The notes under the pieces are model-generated. The model was not told the DNA's origin. It searched no databases and saw nothing but the letters and a program-made list of their open reading frames with translations. A program made the translations under genes and the position numbers. Shown here in pieces: positions 37,213 to 48,300 of a stretch of DNA of 64,000 nt; position 1 is the first letter of the stretch, and each line of letters starts with the position of its first letter. Source of the DNA: Mobula hypostoma (Eukaryota); assembly GCF_963921235.1 (NCBI RefSeq), contig NC_086097.1, positions 10,230,001 through 10,294,000 of the forward strand, read 5' to 3'.

Positions 37213-38659
37213 TTTTTCAGTTCTGCGCACAAATCTTCTATCGGATTGAGGTCGGGGCTTTGCGATGGCCAATATACTTGACTTTGTTGTCCTTAAGCAA
37301 TTTTGCCACAACTTTGGAGGTATCCTTGGGGTCATTGTCCATTTGGAAGACCCAGTTGCGACCGAGCTTTAACTTCCTGGCTGATGTCTTCAGACGTTGC
37401 TTCAATATATCCACATAATTTTCCTTCCACATGATGCCATCTATTTTGTGAAGTGCACCAGTCCCTCCTGCAGCAAAGCACCCCCACAACATGATGCTGC
37501 CACCCCCATGCTTCATATTTGGGATGGAGTTCTTCAGCTTGCAAGCCTCACCCTTTTTCCTCCAAACCTAACAATGGTCATTATGGCCAAACAGTTCAAT
37601 TTTTGTTTCATCAGACCAGAGGACGTTTCTCCAAAAGGTAAGATCTTTGTCCCCATGTGCACTTGCAAACTGTAGTCTGGTTTTCTTATGGCGATTTTGG
37701 AGCAGTGGCTTCTTCCTTGCTGAGTAGCCTTTCAGGTTATGTCGATATAGGACTCGTTTTACTGTGAACATAGATACTTATCTACCTGTTTCCTCCAGCA
37801 TCTTCACAAGGTCTTTTGCTGTTGTTCTGGGATTGATTTGTACTTTTCGCGCCAAAGTACATTCGTCTCTAGGAGACAGAATTCGTCTCCTTCTTGAGCG
37901 GCATGACAGCTGTATGGTCCCATGGTGTTTATACTTGCGTACTATTGTTTGTACAGATGAACGTGGTACCTTCAGGCGTTTGGAAATTGCTCCCAAGGAT
38001 GAAACAGACTTGACATCATTTTATGACCTCAATCCGATAGAAGATTTGTGGGCAGAACTGAGAAAGCGTGTGCGAGCAAGGAGCCCTACAAACCTGTCTC
38101 AGTTACACCAGTTCTGTCTGGAGGAATGGAACAAAATTCCAGCAACTTACTGTGTGAAGCTTGTGAAATGCTATCCAAAATGTTTGATCCAAGTTAAACA
38201 ATTTAAAGGCAATGCTACCAAATACTAACGAAGTGTATGGAAACTTCTGACCCATTGGGAAAGTGATGAAAGCAATAAAAGCTGAAATAAATAATTCTCG
38301 CTACTATTATTCTGACATTTCACATTCTTAAATTAAAGTAGTGATCCTATCTGACCTAAGACAGGGCATGTTTTCTAGGATTAAATGTCAGGAATTGTGA
38401 AAAACTGAGTTTAAATGTATTTGGCTAAGGTCTATGTAAACTTCTGACTTCAACTGTACATAGATTGGTTGAAGTGTTGACAGTTTATGTCTCACCACAA
38501 GACAATTAAGGTTGTTTAATGTCATTTCAAGTACACAAGTGTAAAGGAGAATGAAATAATTTCTATCCGATGCAGCCGAAAACCAAAACACAATACGATA
38601 AAGAACACAATAATAAAAAACATAATAAATATAAATACATAAGATAGCTTATATGCATA

Positions 38660-39192
38660 GCAACACACATCAAAGTTGCTGGTGAACGCTGCAGGCCAGG
38701 CAGCATCTCTAGGAAGAGGTACAGTCGACGTTTCGGGCCGAGACCCTTCGTCAGGACCCTTCGTCCAGCAACTTTTATGTGTGTTGCTTGAAATTCCAGC
38801 ATAGTCATAGTCATAGTCATACATTATTGATCCCGAGGGAAATTGGTTTTCGTCACAGTTGCACCAACCAAGAATAGAGTATAAATATAGCAATATAAAA
38901 CCATAAATAATTAAACAGTAGTGTGTAAGTCATGCCAGGAAATAAGTTCAGGACCAGCCTATTGGCTCAGGGGAGGAGTTGTAAAGTTTGATGGCCACGG
39001 GCAGGAATGACTTCCTATGACGCTCTATGTTGCATCTCGGTGGAATGAGTCTCTGGCTGAATGTACTCCTGTGCCCAACCAGTCCATTATGTAGTGGATG
39101 GGAGACATTGTCCAAGATGGCATGCAACTTGGACAGCATTCTCTTTTCAGACACCACCGTCAGAGAGTCATCTGCAGATTTCTTCGTGTTTG
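38660..39192. mobile_element. Penelope-derived element with inverted pLTR arrangement; Rex1 3' end (38802-39168) nested inside
   Basis: Inverted repeat gcaacacacatcaaagttgctgg (38660) / ccagcaacttttatgtgtgttgc (38765); flanking gcttata(tg/ca)catag duplication. Confidence 0.8.
38721..38757 (-). ncRNA. Minimal type I hammerhead ribozyme motif (Penelope-type)
   Basis: rc: gtc-CTGACGA-a-gggtctcggccc-GAAAC-GTC-gac. Intact core, 3-bp stem I, short stem II and palindromic ACGT stem III. Confidence 0.75.
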
Positions 39193-40424
39193 TGCTTATA
39201 CACATAGATTGATTGTTCATGAAGTGGTGGAAGGCACAGGAATACATAAGGTGACTGAGAGGAAATGATAAAATAGTGGTGCTGGGGTGTGTGGAATTTG
39301 CACAAGGTCGTGTTGGTGTGGGCTTCCTTCAGGTGCTCCAGTTTTCTGTCACATCCCGAAGACGTGCAAGCTAGCAGATTGATTAACAGTTGCAAATTTC
39401 TCTTAATGTGTAGGTGAGTGCTGGGATCTGGGGACTATTGTTGATAATGTAGGGATAATAGACTACAGGGGTAATTAATAGTGGAAAGGGTATTGCACTG
39501 TGGGCCGGCATGGATTCAATCGGCTGGTGAGTTTGACTGATTTACCTACCCACCAATTTCTCTTTACCGTGTGGGAGTGCATGCATGTGGGTCGTATAGA
39601 TCACACAGCAATCTACAGTAACACACACAAAGTGCGTTCCCAACTGGAGTCCGTAGACTCCTTGCTTAATGGCACCGGTTCATAGCAAAAAAAAGGGCTG
39701 AAAACCCCTGATCTATATCATTGTACAGATCAAGAAGATCAAACACTTACATGAAATGCATAAAACATCATCCCTGTTTAAAAAGCCAAGTGATCTGCAA
39801 TGCAAAAGTAGAAATTGTAGGTATGCTGTGAACGTGGCAAAATTACACACTGATTAATCAAACTTTGATTCATCTTCTGAAAGTAAATTTGCACATAGAT
39901 CATTATAGAGCAGCCTGTTAACTGGGTCAAAGCCCTTCTGAAATTATAGGAAGTCTTTTTTTTCTCAATGATCAGAGCCATGCTAATATTCTTCATCACT
40001 CTTCATCGTCAACACCAAAGATGATTCAGTTTAAAATGTCATTACTTTGAGTATGCAGAGGGCAGCAATCTGTGCTAAGCGTGAAAACAGCAGTCTGATA
40101 AAATTAATTATTTGTTTGCAGAGAACTTGCTTTAAAGCTTTCTTTCTCTAAAAGAGATTTCCTCTTGAATTTTTCCTGAATTCAGATAGAAAGCGTTTTT
40201 TTTAACCAAAGTAAACATGGTCAAGATCAAGAATCCAGCAACTGAGAATTATTCCACAAGCCATTTTTATTCTTTTCCTCTCAGTGATACACTGAGAGTG
40301 TTTCACAGCAACTACTAATAATCTAATGAAATAAAGGTGATGGATAAAAATCCCTTTGTATTATGTATTTTCTACATCTAATTACCAAGTTTCATCGCAG
40401 CATGGCAATCCTCCTAAAAAGTGA

Positions 40425-40640
40425 TGAACATAGCCCTCCATATCACTACCATCCAGATACCTATCCAAATTTCTCTTAAACGTTGAAATCGAGCTCACAC
40501 ACACCACTTTTTCTGACAGCTCCTTCCATATTCTGCTGACCCTCTGAGTGAAGAAGTTCCCCCTCATGTTCCCCTCAAACTTCTCACCTTTCACCCTTAA
40601 CCTCTATTTGTAGTACCACCCAACCTCAGTGGAAAAAGCC
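40425..40640 (-). mobile_element. CR1 3' coding end
   Basis: ORF 40382-40594 GEKFEGNMRGNFFTQRVSRIWKEL. Confidence 0.85.
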
Positions 40641-40681
40641 TGATTGTGCAGCTCCAGCATATTTTGTTTTATTTTAAATCA

Positions 40682-41170
40682 TATGAAACCCCCAGTTTCC
40701 TTGGCTGCATAAGTCTAGGGAAAACACTTTCAGGTCCTGCCAAACTCTTGAGATTGAGACTGCTCTCCCTCCCCAAACCCCGGTTTATGTGGATGCTGTG
40801 TGATTTTCTACCCTGTTACAAATTAGTGCCATGAAATAGCAACAGTACACTGCATAAGATTAAAGGAATTGTATTTATGAATCTTAACTAAACTAAAGGG
40901 TGAGTAAAGAATAACAAAAAGAAAAGGGCCAATTTTAATTGAACAGTCAAATGGGCACAAGTTGGAGGTCATCTTGAACTTCTCTGTCACTCATGTGCTG
41001 GGGCCTTGGTCAGCATAAACCCCCACACCACCTTCCGAATGTCGCTCGCAATCCATCTTGAACAAATGGGTCTCCCACCAGGTCGTATCCTATGACTGGC
41101 TCTCCCCAGCACCTTCTCTCTTTACATATCATACTCACCTTCGAAGCCAGACAACTCAGTGTTCACATAA
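40682..41170 (-). mobile_element. Partial Gypsy LTR related to 45318-46013
   Basis: Shares the tatgaaacccc end and the atgctgtgtgattt...catgaaata...ctgcata...agtaaaga block with the LTR at 45318. Confidence 0.65.
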
Positions 41171-41319
41171 ACCAAGAAAATAATTCAAAGTTCAAAGTGC
41201 ATTTATTAGCAAACTTGAGATTTGTCTCCTTACAGGCAGCCACAAAAGAAAGAAACCCAAAAGGACCCATTAAACAAATTAAGCGCAGAATTAAAAACAA
41301 ATTGTACAAACAATAAAAG

Positions 41320-41790
41320 ACGGAGAGATACTTTATTGATCCCAAAGGAAATTACAGTGCATTACAAATGCATAGATACACAAATATTGGAAGAGAAGTA
41401 AGAAAGAATAAACAATAAGTTACCTCAAGCAGTCTAACAGGAGGGGATCATCACTTCCCTGGCAACAGATCGACTTATCATAGAGCCTAATACCTGAAGG
41501 CAAGAATGACCTCATATTGCGCACTTTGGAGCAGCACAGTTTTCTTAGTCTATCACTAAAAGTGCTCTTCTGTTCAGCCAAGGTGGCATACAGAGGGTGA
41601 GAAACATTGTTCAGAATTGGTAGGATTTTCTGTAGGGTCCTTTGTTCTACCACAGCCTTCCATATGTCCAGATTGACTCCTATAACAGAGCCAGCCACTC
41701 TAATCAATTTATTGAGCTGTTGGCATCACCCGTGCTAAGGCCATTGCCCCAGGACACAATCACATAGAAGATTGAACTGTCAATAACAAA
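41320..41790 (-). mobile_element. Rex1/Babar 3' end
   Basis: ORF 41420-41707 AGSVIG...SHPLYATL...RSFLPSGIRLY. Confidence 0.88.
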
Positions 41791-44429
41791 GGGAAGTAAG
41801 CAAATAGCATTCAAACTGAACTTTACCAAAGACATGAAGCCAAGCATCACTACAGCTGGAGCAGGCCACAGTCTTAATTCAGAAGAGTGAAAAATGAAGA
41901 TTCAGGCTACAGAGCAATACTAAGGGAGTACTACACTGATGATGATGTCATCTTAAACTGAAGCTATATTTTCTCTCTTAGTGGTTCAGAAAACGTCCAA
42001 GCCTACTACAACCTTGTTGTGGTTTGGACACTTGTGTGCCTCAATAACCCTGTGAGTTCTATTAGCTGGAGTCCGGGCATTATATTTTAGCTCTTGGTAG
42101 GGTAACCCATACCCAACAGGTCAAAGGGTAGAGGCAAGACTAAGAGTGGTCCACTGGTCCTCCAGGTTGTGGAGTTCAGCTCAGGGATAACAACCCTGTC
42201 TGGTAAAACAAAACTGCTACGGAAACAGTAATGAAGAATCTTCTACATCTGACTGGCCAGGCAGAGATGGAGGACTTTTGTTGTTGCCCTAAACACCAGC
42301 TGTGTAATAGGAAGTAACTAACTAAGTGCCATGACATCATTTTGATAAAAGGTTATCCCATCTCCTGGCCTATACTAGTCCATCAGTCAACTTTACTAAT
42401 AAATTATTATATATTCTGATCATTATGATAATATAGCTGTTCATAAGAGTTTGTTCTGTGCAAATTAGCTCTGAGTTTTATATATAACCACACAAATTAA
42501 TCTTCAAAACTAAAATATTATTGCCTGTGATGCACTTTGGGACACCTCAGAGGAATGGGAAAGATATTAAAAAGACAAACCCATTATTTTACATTTGTAC
42601 CAGGAGAAATAGAGAGCTAGTTTGAATATCTACAATATTTGAGAATATATTGCATTCCTTAATATATTTTACTAAATTCCTTTGTGATTTTTTTCTCCAT
42701 TTAAAAATGCATTTCTTTTTACAATTTGAAGCCCTGTACTTTTTCTTTACAATTTATGGCACATTTTCAACAAGTGGGAAATGCAGACCTACTGTTAAGA
42801 CTTGCCACAATGCATTAATGCTTCAGAATGTATGAAACCCAAGGCAATCGTCTTGGGTGAATTACTCTTTCAGCTGTTATTATAATAAACAAAGATAACA
42901 ATCTTGATCAATCAATACATGACAGCTCCAAGAACCATCAAAAAGTATTTTTTTTTACCAAGAGAGGGGGAGTAGCAACATTATTGCAGAAATTGCAGGA
43001 TTAATGACAGCCTGTAGTGCACTGCTGACAGATATATCATGCATTTTCCTTTTAATGGATCTTGTCTATCATGCTGTCAATGTATCTCCCTCTGACTGAT
43101 ACCTTTGCTTCAATACTGGATATATTAACCCTTAAAAAACTGTTGTTTAAATGTACCCTAATGCAAGCACACTATGTGGCATTTAACATCCAAGGCACCA
43201 ACATGTGGCTGCTAACCCCTCATTCAGCCTAATCAATGGACAATTTTGCCATTGTCTTCATAGTCAATCCTAAATCATCAATGCACTCAATAGAAAGACT
43301 CAGAGTGGAGCTGTTATTTTATTTAGGAGATGGCTCGTTCCTAAAATGTTTGTAGAATCTTGAGTATCACAGCAAATGTACAACACACATTCCAAACATC
43401 AACCTTTGCAGGCAGTTCCCAGATTGGTAGGTTAGGTTAGTTGGTCAAAGATTCAAAGTACATTTATTATCGGAGCATGTGCACAATATACAACTCTGAG
43501 GCTTATCTTCCTTCAGACAGCCATGAAACAAAGAAACACCATTGGACCCATTCACCCAAAAATATCAAACACCAAGCGTGCAAAAAAAGAACAAGCCATA
43601 TAAATGGCAAGCAAACAAGTGAAAAACACAAAATATGAAACACCAAACCACACAGTTATCAGAAGAGTCCAGGTCAGTTCAGTTCAGTTCAATCTAGTGC
43701 TGCATCGTTCATTGTGTGCCAGTCACAGAGCCGATCTACCCCAATCAAAATCGCACAAAATAGCAACTAAAAAAGGAGCATCCCGAAGCAACAAATACAT
43801 CAATAGGTTTCAACAGGTACATTTAATGTCAGGGAAATGTATACAATATACATCTTCACAAAAATTCATGAAAATGGAGGTGTGCTCCAAAGAATGAATA
43901 ACAGTTAAAAATGTTAGAACGCCAAAGTCCCCCCAGCTCCCACCTCCCATGCATAAACAGCAACAAAGCAATGACTCCCCCCCCCCAGCAAAAAAGCATC
44001 GGCACCCCCCACCAAGCACTCAAGCATGCAGCAAAGCATCAAAAAAGACAGACTTGCAGTACCCCAAAGACTACTGATTCACTTGGTAATCTGACATACC
44101 ACAGGCTCTCTCTCTCTCTCCTCAATAAGGGAAAAAGTGGTGACCCCATTTCACATCGTAACATGAACTACTGAGTCCAATCATGAACTGCATCAATTAA
44201 ATCTTAATCAGGATCTAGGACTCCGGCAGCATCAAGCAATAGGGAGTGAGAGACAATTCGTACACAGTGTCATTGTAAATGTCCCTATGATTAGGCAAGG
44301 ATTAAACTAGGGAACTACTGGGCCAGAAGGGCCTATTCCAACTCAATCTCAATAAATAAATAAATAATATAAATTATGAGAGGATTCCCTTCTTGACAAC
44401 AGACTGTAAACTGAAGTCCTTGTATATTA

Positions 44430-45310
44430 CAAATGCAGATGACACAAAGGTTGGTGGTGTTGTGGATAGTGTAGAAGGTTGTCATAAGTTACACCAGGAC
44501 ATTGATAGGATGCAGAACTGGGCTGAGAAGTGGCAGATGGAGTTCAATCAGGGAAAGTGTGAACTGATACTCTTTGGACGTCAAACATGAAGCGGAATAC
44601 AAGGTTAATGTTAAGATTCTTACCAGTGTGGAGGAATAGTGGGATCTTGGGATTGATGTCTATTAGATCACTTAAAGTTGTCGTGGAAGTTGATAGGATA
44701 GTTACAAAGGCCTTTGGTATGTTAGCCTTCATTAATTGGGGGATTGAGTTCATAAGTCATGAGGTAATACTGCAGGTCTATAAAACTCTGATTAGAACAT
44801 ACTTGAAGTATTGTGTTCAGTTCTGGTTACCTTATGATTGGAGGATGTGGAAGCTTCTGAAAGGAGATTTACCAGGATGTGACCTGGATTAGAGGGTGTG
44901 TCTTATGAGGAACTTATGGGTGAGCTAGGGTTTTCCTCTTTGAAGCAAAGGAGGATGAGAAGTAACAATAGAAGTTTAGAAGATGATAAGAGTTATAAAG
45001 TGAACAGCCAGCATCTTCTACTCAGGAGAATAATGGCTAATAAAGAAGGGCATAATTTTCAGATGTTTGGAGTAAACTATAGCGGGGATGTCAGAGGTAG
45101 TTTTTTTTTACACAGAGTGGTAAGTACATAGACCACAATGCCTGGGGTGGTGGTAGATGCATATATTTCGGGGAGATTTAATCAACTCATAGTTAAGTGA
45201 ATGAAAGAAAAATGGAGGGCCATGTGGGAGGGAAGGGTTAGGCTGAGTAATTTAAAAGATCAACCCATTGTGGGCTGAAGAATCTGTACTATGATGTACT
45301 CTTCTACCAT
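44430..45310 (+). mobile_element. Degenerate CR1 LINE (ADDTK to 3' UTR)
   Basis: ADDTKVGGVVDS...WQMEFNQGKC; KAFGMLAFI...YCVQFW. Confidence 0.88.
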
Positions 45311-45317
45311 CTGTGTT

Positions 45318-48300
45318 TATGAAACCCCTTTTTACTGGGTATCTCCAGAAACAGCTCGTTAGCCCCTCGTGAACAGCCACCAGACTCAGTGCCAAGAAAG
45401 CACAGTTTTCTCTGGCTTCATACGTCTAGCGTGTATATGACTTTGCTCCTGCTAAATCCATGAGTTTGGGATGTCTCGCCCAACCAAACCACAGTTTCTG
45501 TGAATGCTGTGTGATTTACTACCTGCAATAGCCCTTTGGCATGAAATAACAGATCACACGCTGCATACAATTATAAAGCAGTATATTTGTGAATGTTAAC
45601 TTAACCAAAGAGTTAGTAAAGAAAATAAAGAAAAAAAAAACAAAAAGTGAAATGTGCACAGGTTAGAGTTCAAATCTTCCGAAAGTCATTTTCAGCGAAC
45701 CTTGATAGACTTCCGCGCCTTGGCTCCATTGAATCGTGTTTCCCACCGGATCAAATCTTACAACCAGTCTCTCCAGCATGTTCTCTCATCATCGTCCTCT
45801 GAAGAAAGACAGAGACCCACACCGGTGTCAATCGCAAAACTGCTCACCCAGCATCCTCTAGAATATTCTCCCTGTTCCACTCCCCTGAATGGATGGTCCA
45901 CATTCCTAAGCTTCCCTTATCTTTAACAGTAACCCAAGCACTACTTCTGCAGAAAGACTATTACATGAAATACCCTACTACATTAGCAGTGAAACTTTTA
46001 CCAGAGCATTACACTCTTCCCCTACCAAAATATCATGTCCTCATGACTTTGCTAGAATTTATCATCCCCTCATTAATAACACAGTTTTCAAAGGAATTTC
46101 ATGATGTCAGGACCTCCAATCCATTTGTAAATGGTAGTGGAATATCTCACTGGGGGGAAAGTTGCAATACTCGGTTCACCCAGTGCAACATAGGCCAAAC
46201 TATCTGGGGATTTCTTGACTCTTTTTATCCCGTCCTCTACTTCTTCAGTTTCAGACACTCCTTGGATCCTTTCCTGTCTAATTGGAGAAGTCTCTCTTTG
46301 TCTGTTTTTCGTGCGTTCTGGCATTTCTGGTCCCCTGTCCTTGGCAGAGCTCAGCTTCATTCCCAGTCTCCCTACACTGTCCAGCTGCAAGCCTGCCTGT
46401 CCACTGCTAGTCTCCCCCTCCCACCATTTCATCCGTATCAGTGTGGGGAGGTTTGGGAATCTCTTTGTCAACTACTGGGATATTTGCATTGAGTAGCATA
46501 TACCATACTCCCACTTCTTCATCCTCTGAGTCCATACCACATTCAGTGGTTAAATCCCTTCCTGCCCATTCCACTGCCTGTCCTTGTGTTCTCCCATGTC
46601 ACCACAAAGTCCTTTTACTAGGAGTAGGGTCAGACTCTTGTTCAACACGTTCCTCTTATCCCAGAGTTAGAAGGTGGTTCCAAGGGAGAATCTTGACAGG
46701 TCCATTCCCATCCTTTGGTTTCACCTGGAAAACTGGAAGGTTTGGCATCTGACTCTCCACTACGTAAGGCATAGCCACCCGGTGGTCAGCGAACTTATGC
46801 TCCTCTGCTAGACCCAAATTCTTTATGAGAACTCTGTCTCCAGGCATCACTTGGGAGAACCTAATCTTTTGATCGTATCTCCCCTTATTTGCTGGATTCT
46901 GCTTGGTAGCGGAGACCTCTGCTAGTTCATACACCTTTTGTAATTCCCTCCTCATATCAGACATCTACTTCAGATGGATCTTCTGTGGCAAATCTTCCCC
47001 AACAGTCTAAAATGGAGGTCCACAGGCAAGCTTGTTTTACGCCCAAACATCAAATAATACGGCGAGTATCTAGTAGCTTCATTCTGTGTACAGTTGTAGC
47101 AGTGGACCAGATGCCCAATATACTGACTCCATTTGTTGTTCTTCTTCTTATTGCTGATCTCCAGGGTTCCAAGCATGTCTAGTAATGTCCAGTTGAACCT
47201 CACCAGCTAGGAATCACCCAGAGGGTGATAAGGCGTAGTCCTCAACTTCTCGACTCCGAGCATGCTCACTAACACATGTATAAGCCCACTTTCCTGACTT
47301 GGCTGTCACTTTCCCTTTCCAGGAGATGATCTCTCTCCTGCTCATCTCACTGGAAAACTATATACTACAGTTACCGGAAAAAGGTGTGTCATCGGGAAAT
47401 TTGGGGTTTCCCGCCACTCCAGCTCCTTCCCCAGGACATAACATGACAATTGGACTGGGTGTACCACACAGTTCCTCATTTGTGCTCATCATCTAGCCTA
47501 GGACAGGCGTGCACTTCCTCAAAAGCAGCTCTGAACAGAGGGTGAATGGACAAGCTTTTGAGCAAGTATGGTCTAGCATAAATACCCCCAATTCATAAGG
47601 ATACACTGGAACTTGGTCCCACTAAACCTTCAGGGTGCCAGATTTTCGTGGCTCTGGAGACTGGCTGATTCAAGGCCAGTGCTCCTGCCGAGGCATCATG
47701 GGAGAACACAGAACATTAGGAGCAGCAGGTTAGCTGCCATGGGCAGTGTGCCCAGAGACCTGAGCCCTGGGGCTGACTCTTTGGGCGCAGATCTCGGAAA
47801 AAGCAACGTAACAGAGTTTTAACATCATTTTTTAACATCATTTGGCAAAAGAATAAATCAAGGAAGGTAGTGCACCCGTGGCTGACAAGAGAAATTAGGG
47901 ATAGTATCAATTCCAAAGAAGTAGCATACAAATTAGCCAGAGAAAGTGGCTCACCTGAGGACTGGGAGAAATTCAGAGTTCAGCAGAGGAGGACAAAGGG
48001 CTTAATTAGGAAGGGGAAAAAAGATTATGAGAGAAAACTGACAGAGAACATAAAAACGGACTGTAAAAGCTTTTATAGATATGTAAAAAGGAAAAGACTG
48101 ATAAAGACAAATGTAGGTCCCCTGCAAACAGAAACAGGTGAATTGATTATGGGGAGCAAGGACATGGCAGACCAATTGAATAATTACTTTGGTTCTGTCT
48201 TCACTAAGGAGGACATAAATAATCTTCCAGAAATAGTAAGGGACAGAGGGTCCAGTGAGATGGAGGAACTGAGCGAAATACATGTTAGTAGGGAAGTGGT

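Larger units (their letters stand above)
35861..38456 (-). mobile_element. Sleeping-Beauty-like (salmonid-subfamily) IR/DR Tc1 transposon, rearranged with two right ends
   Basis: Ends cagttgaa...gtttacatacacctt and aaacttctgacttcaactg+TA; minus-strand transposase GAISKRLKVPRSSVQTIVRKYK, WSDETKIELFG, KHGGGSIMLWGCF, FQMDNDPK; a second C-terminus DLNPIE...FKGNATKY on the plus strand at 38025-38228. Confidence 0.95.
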
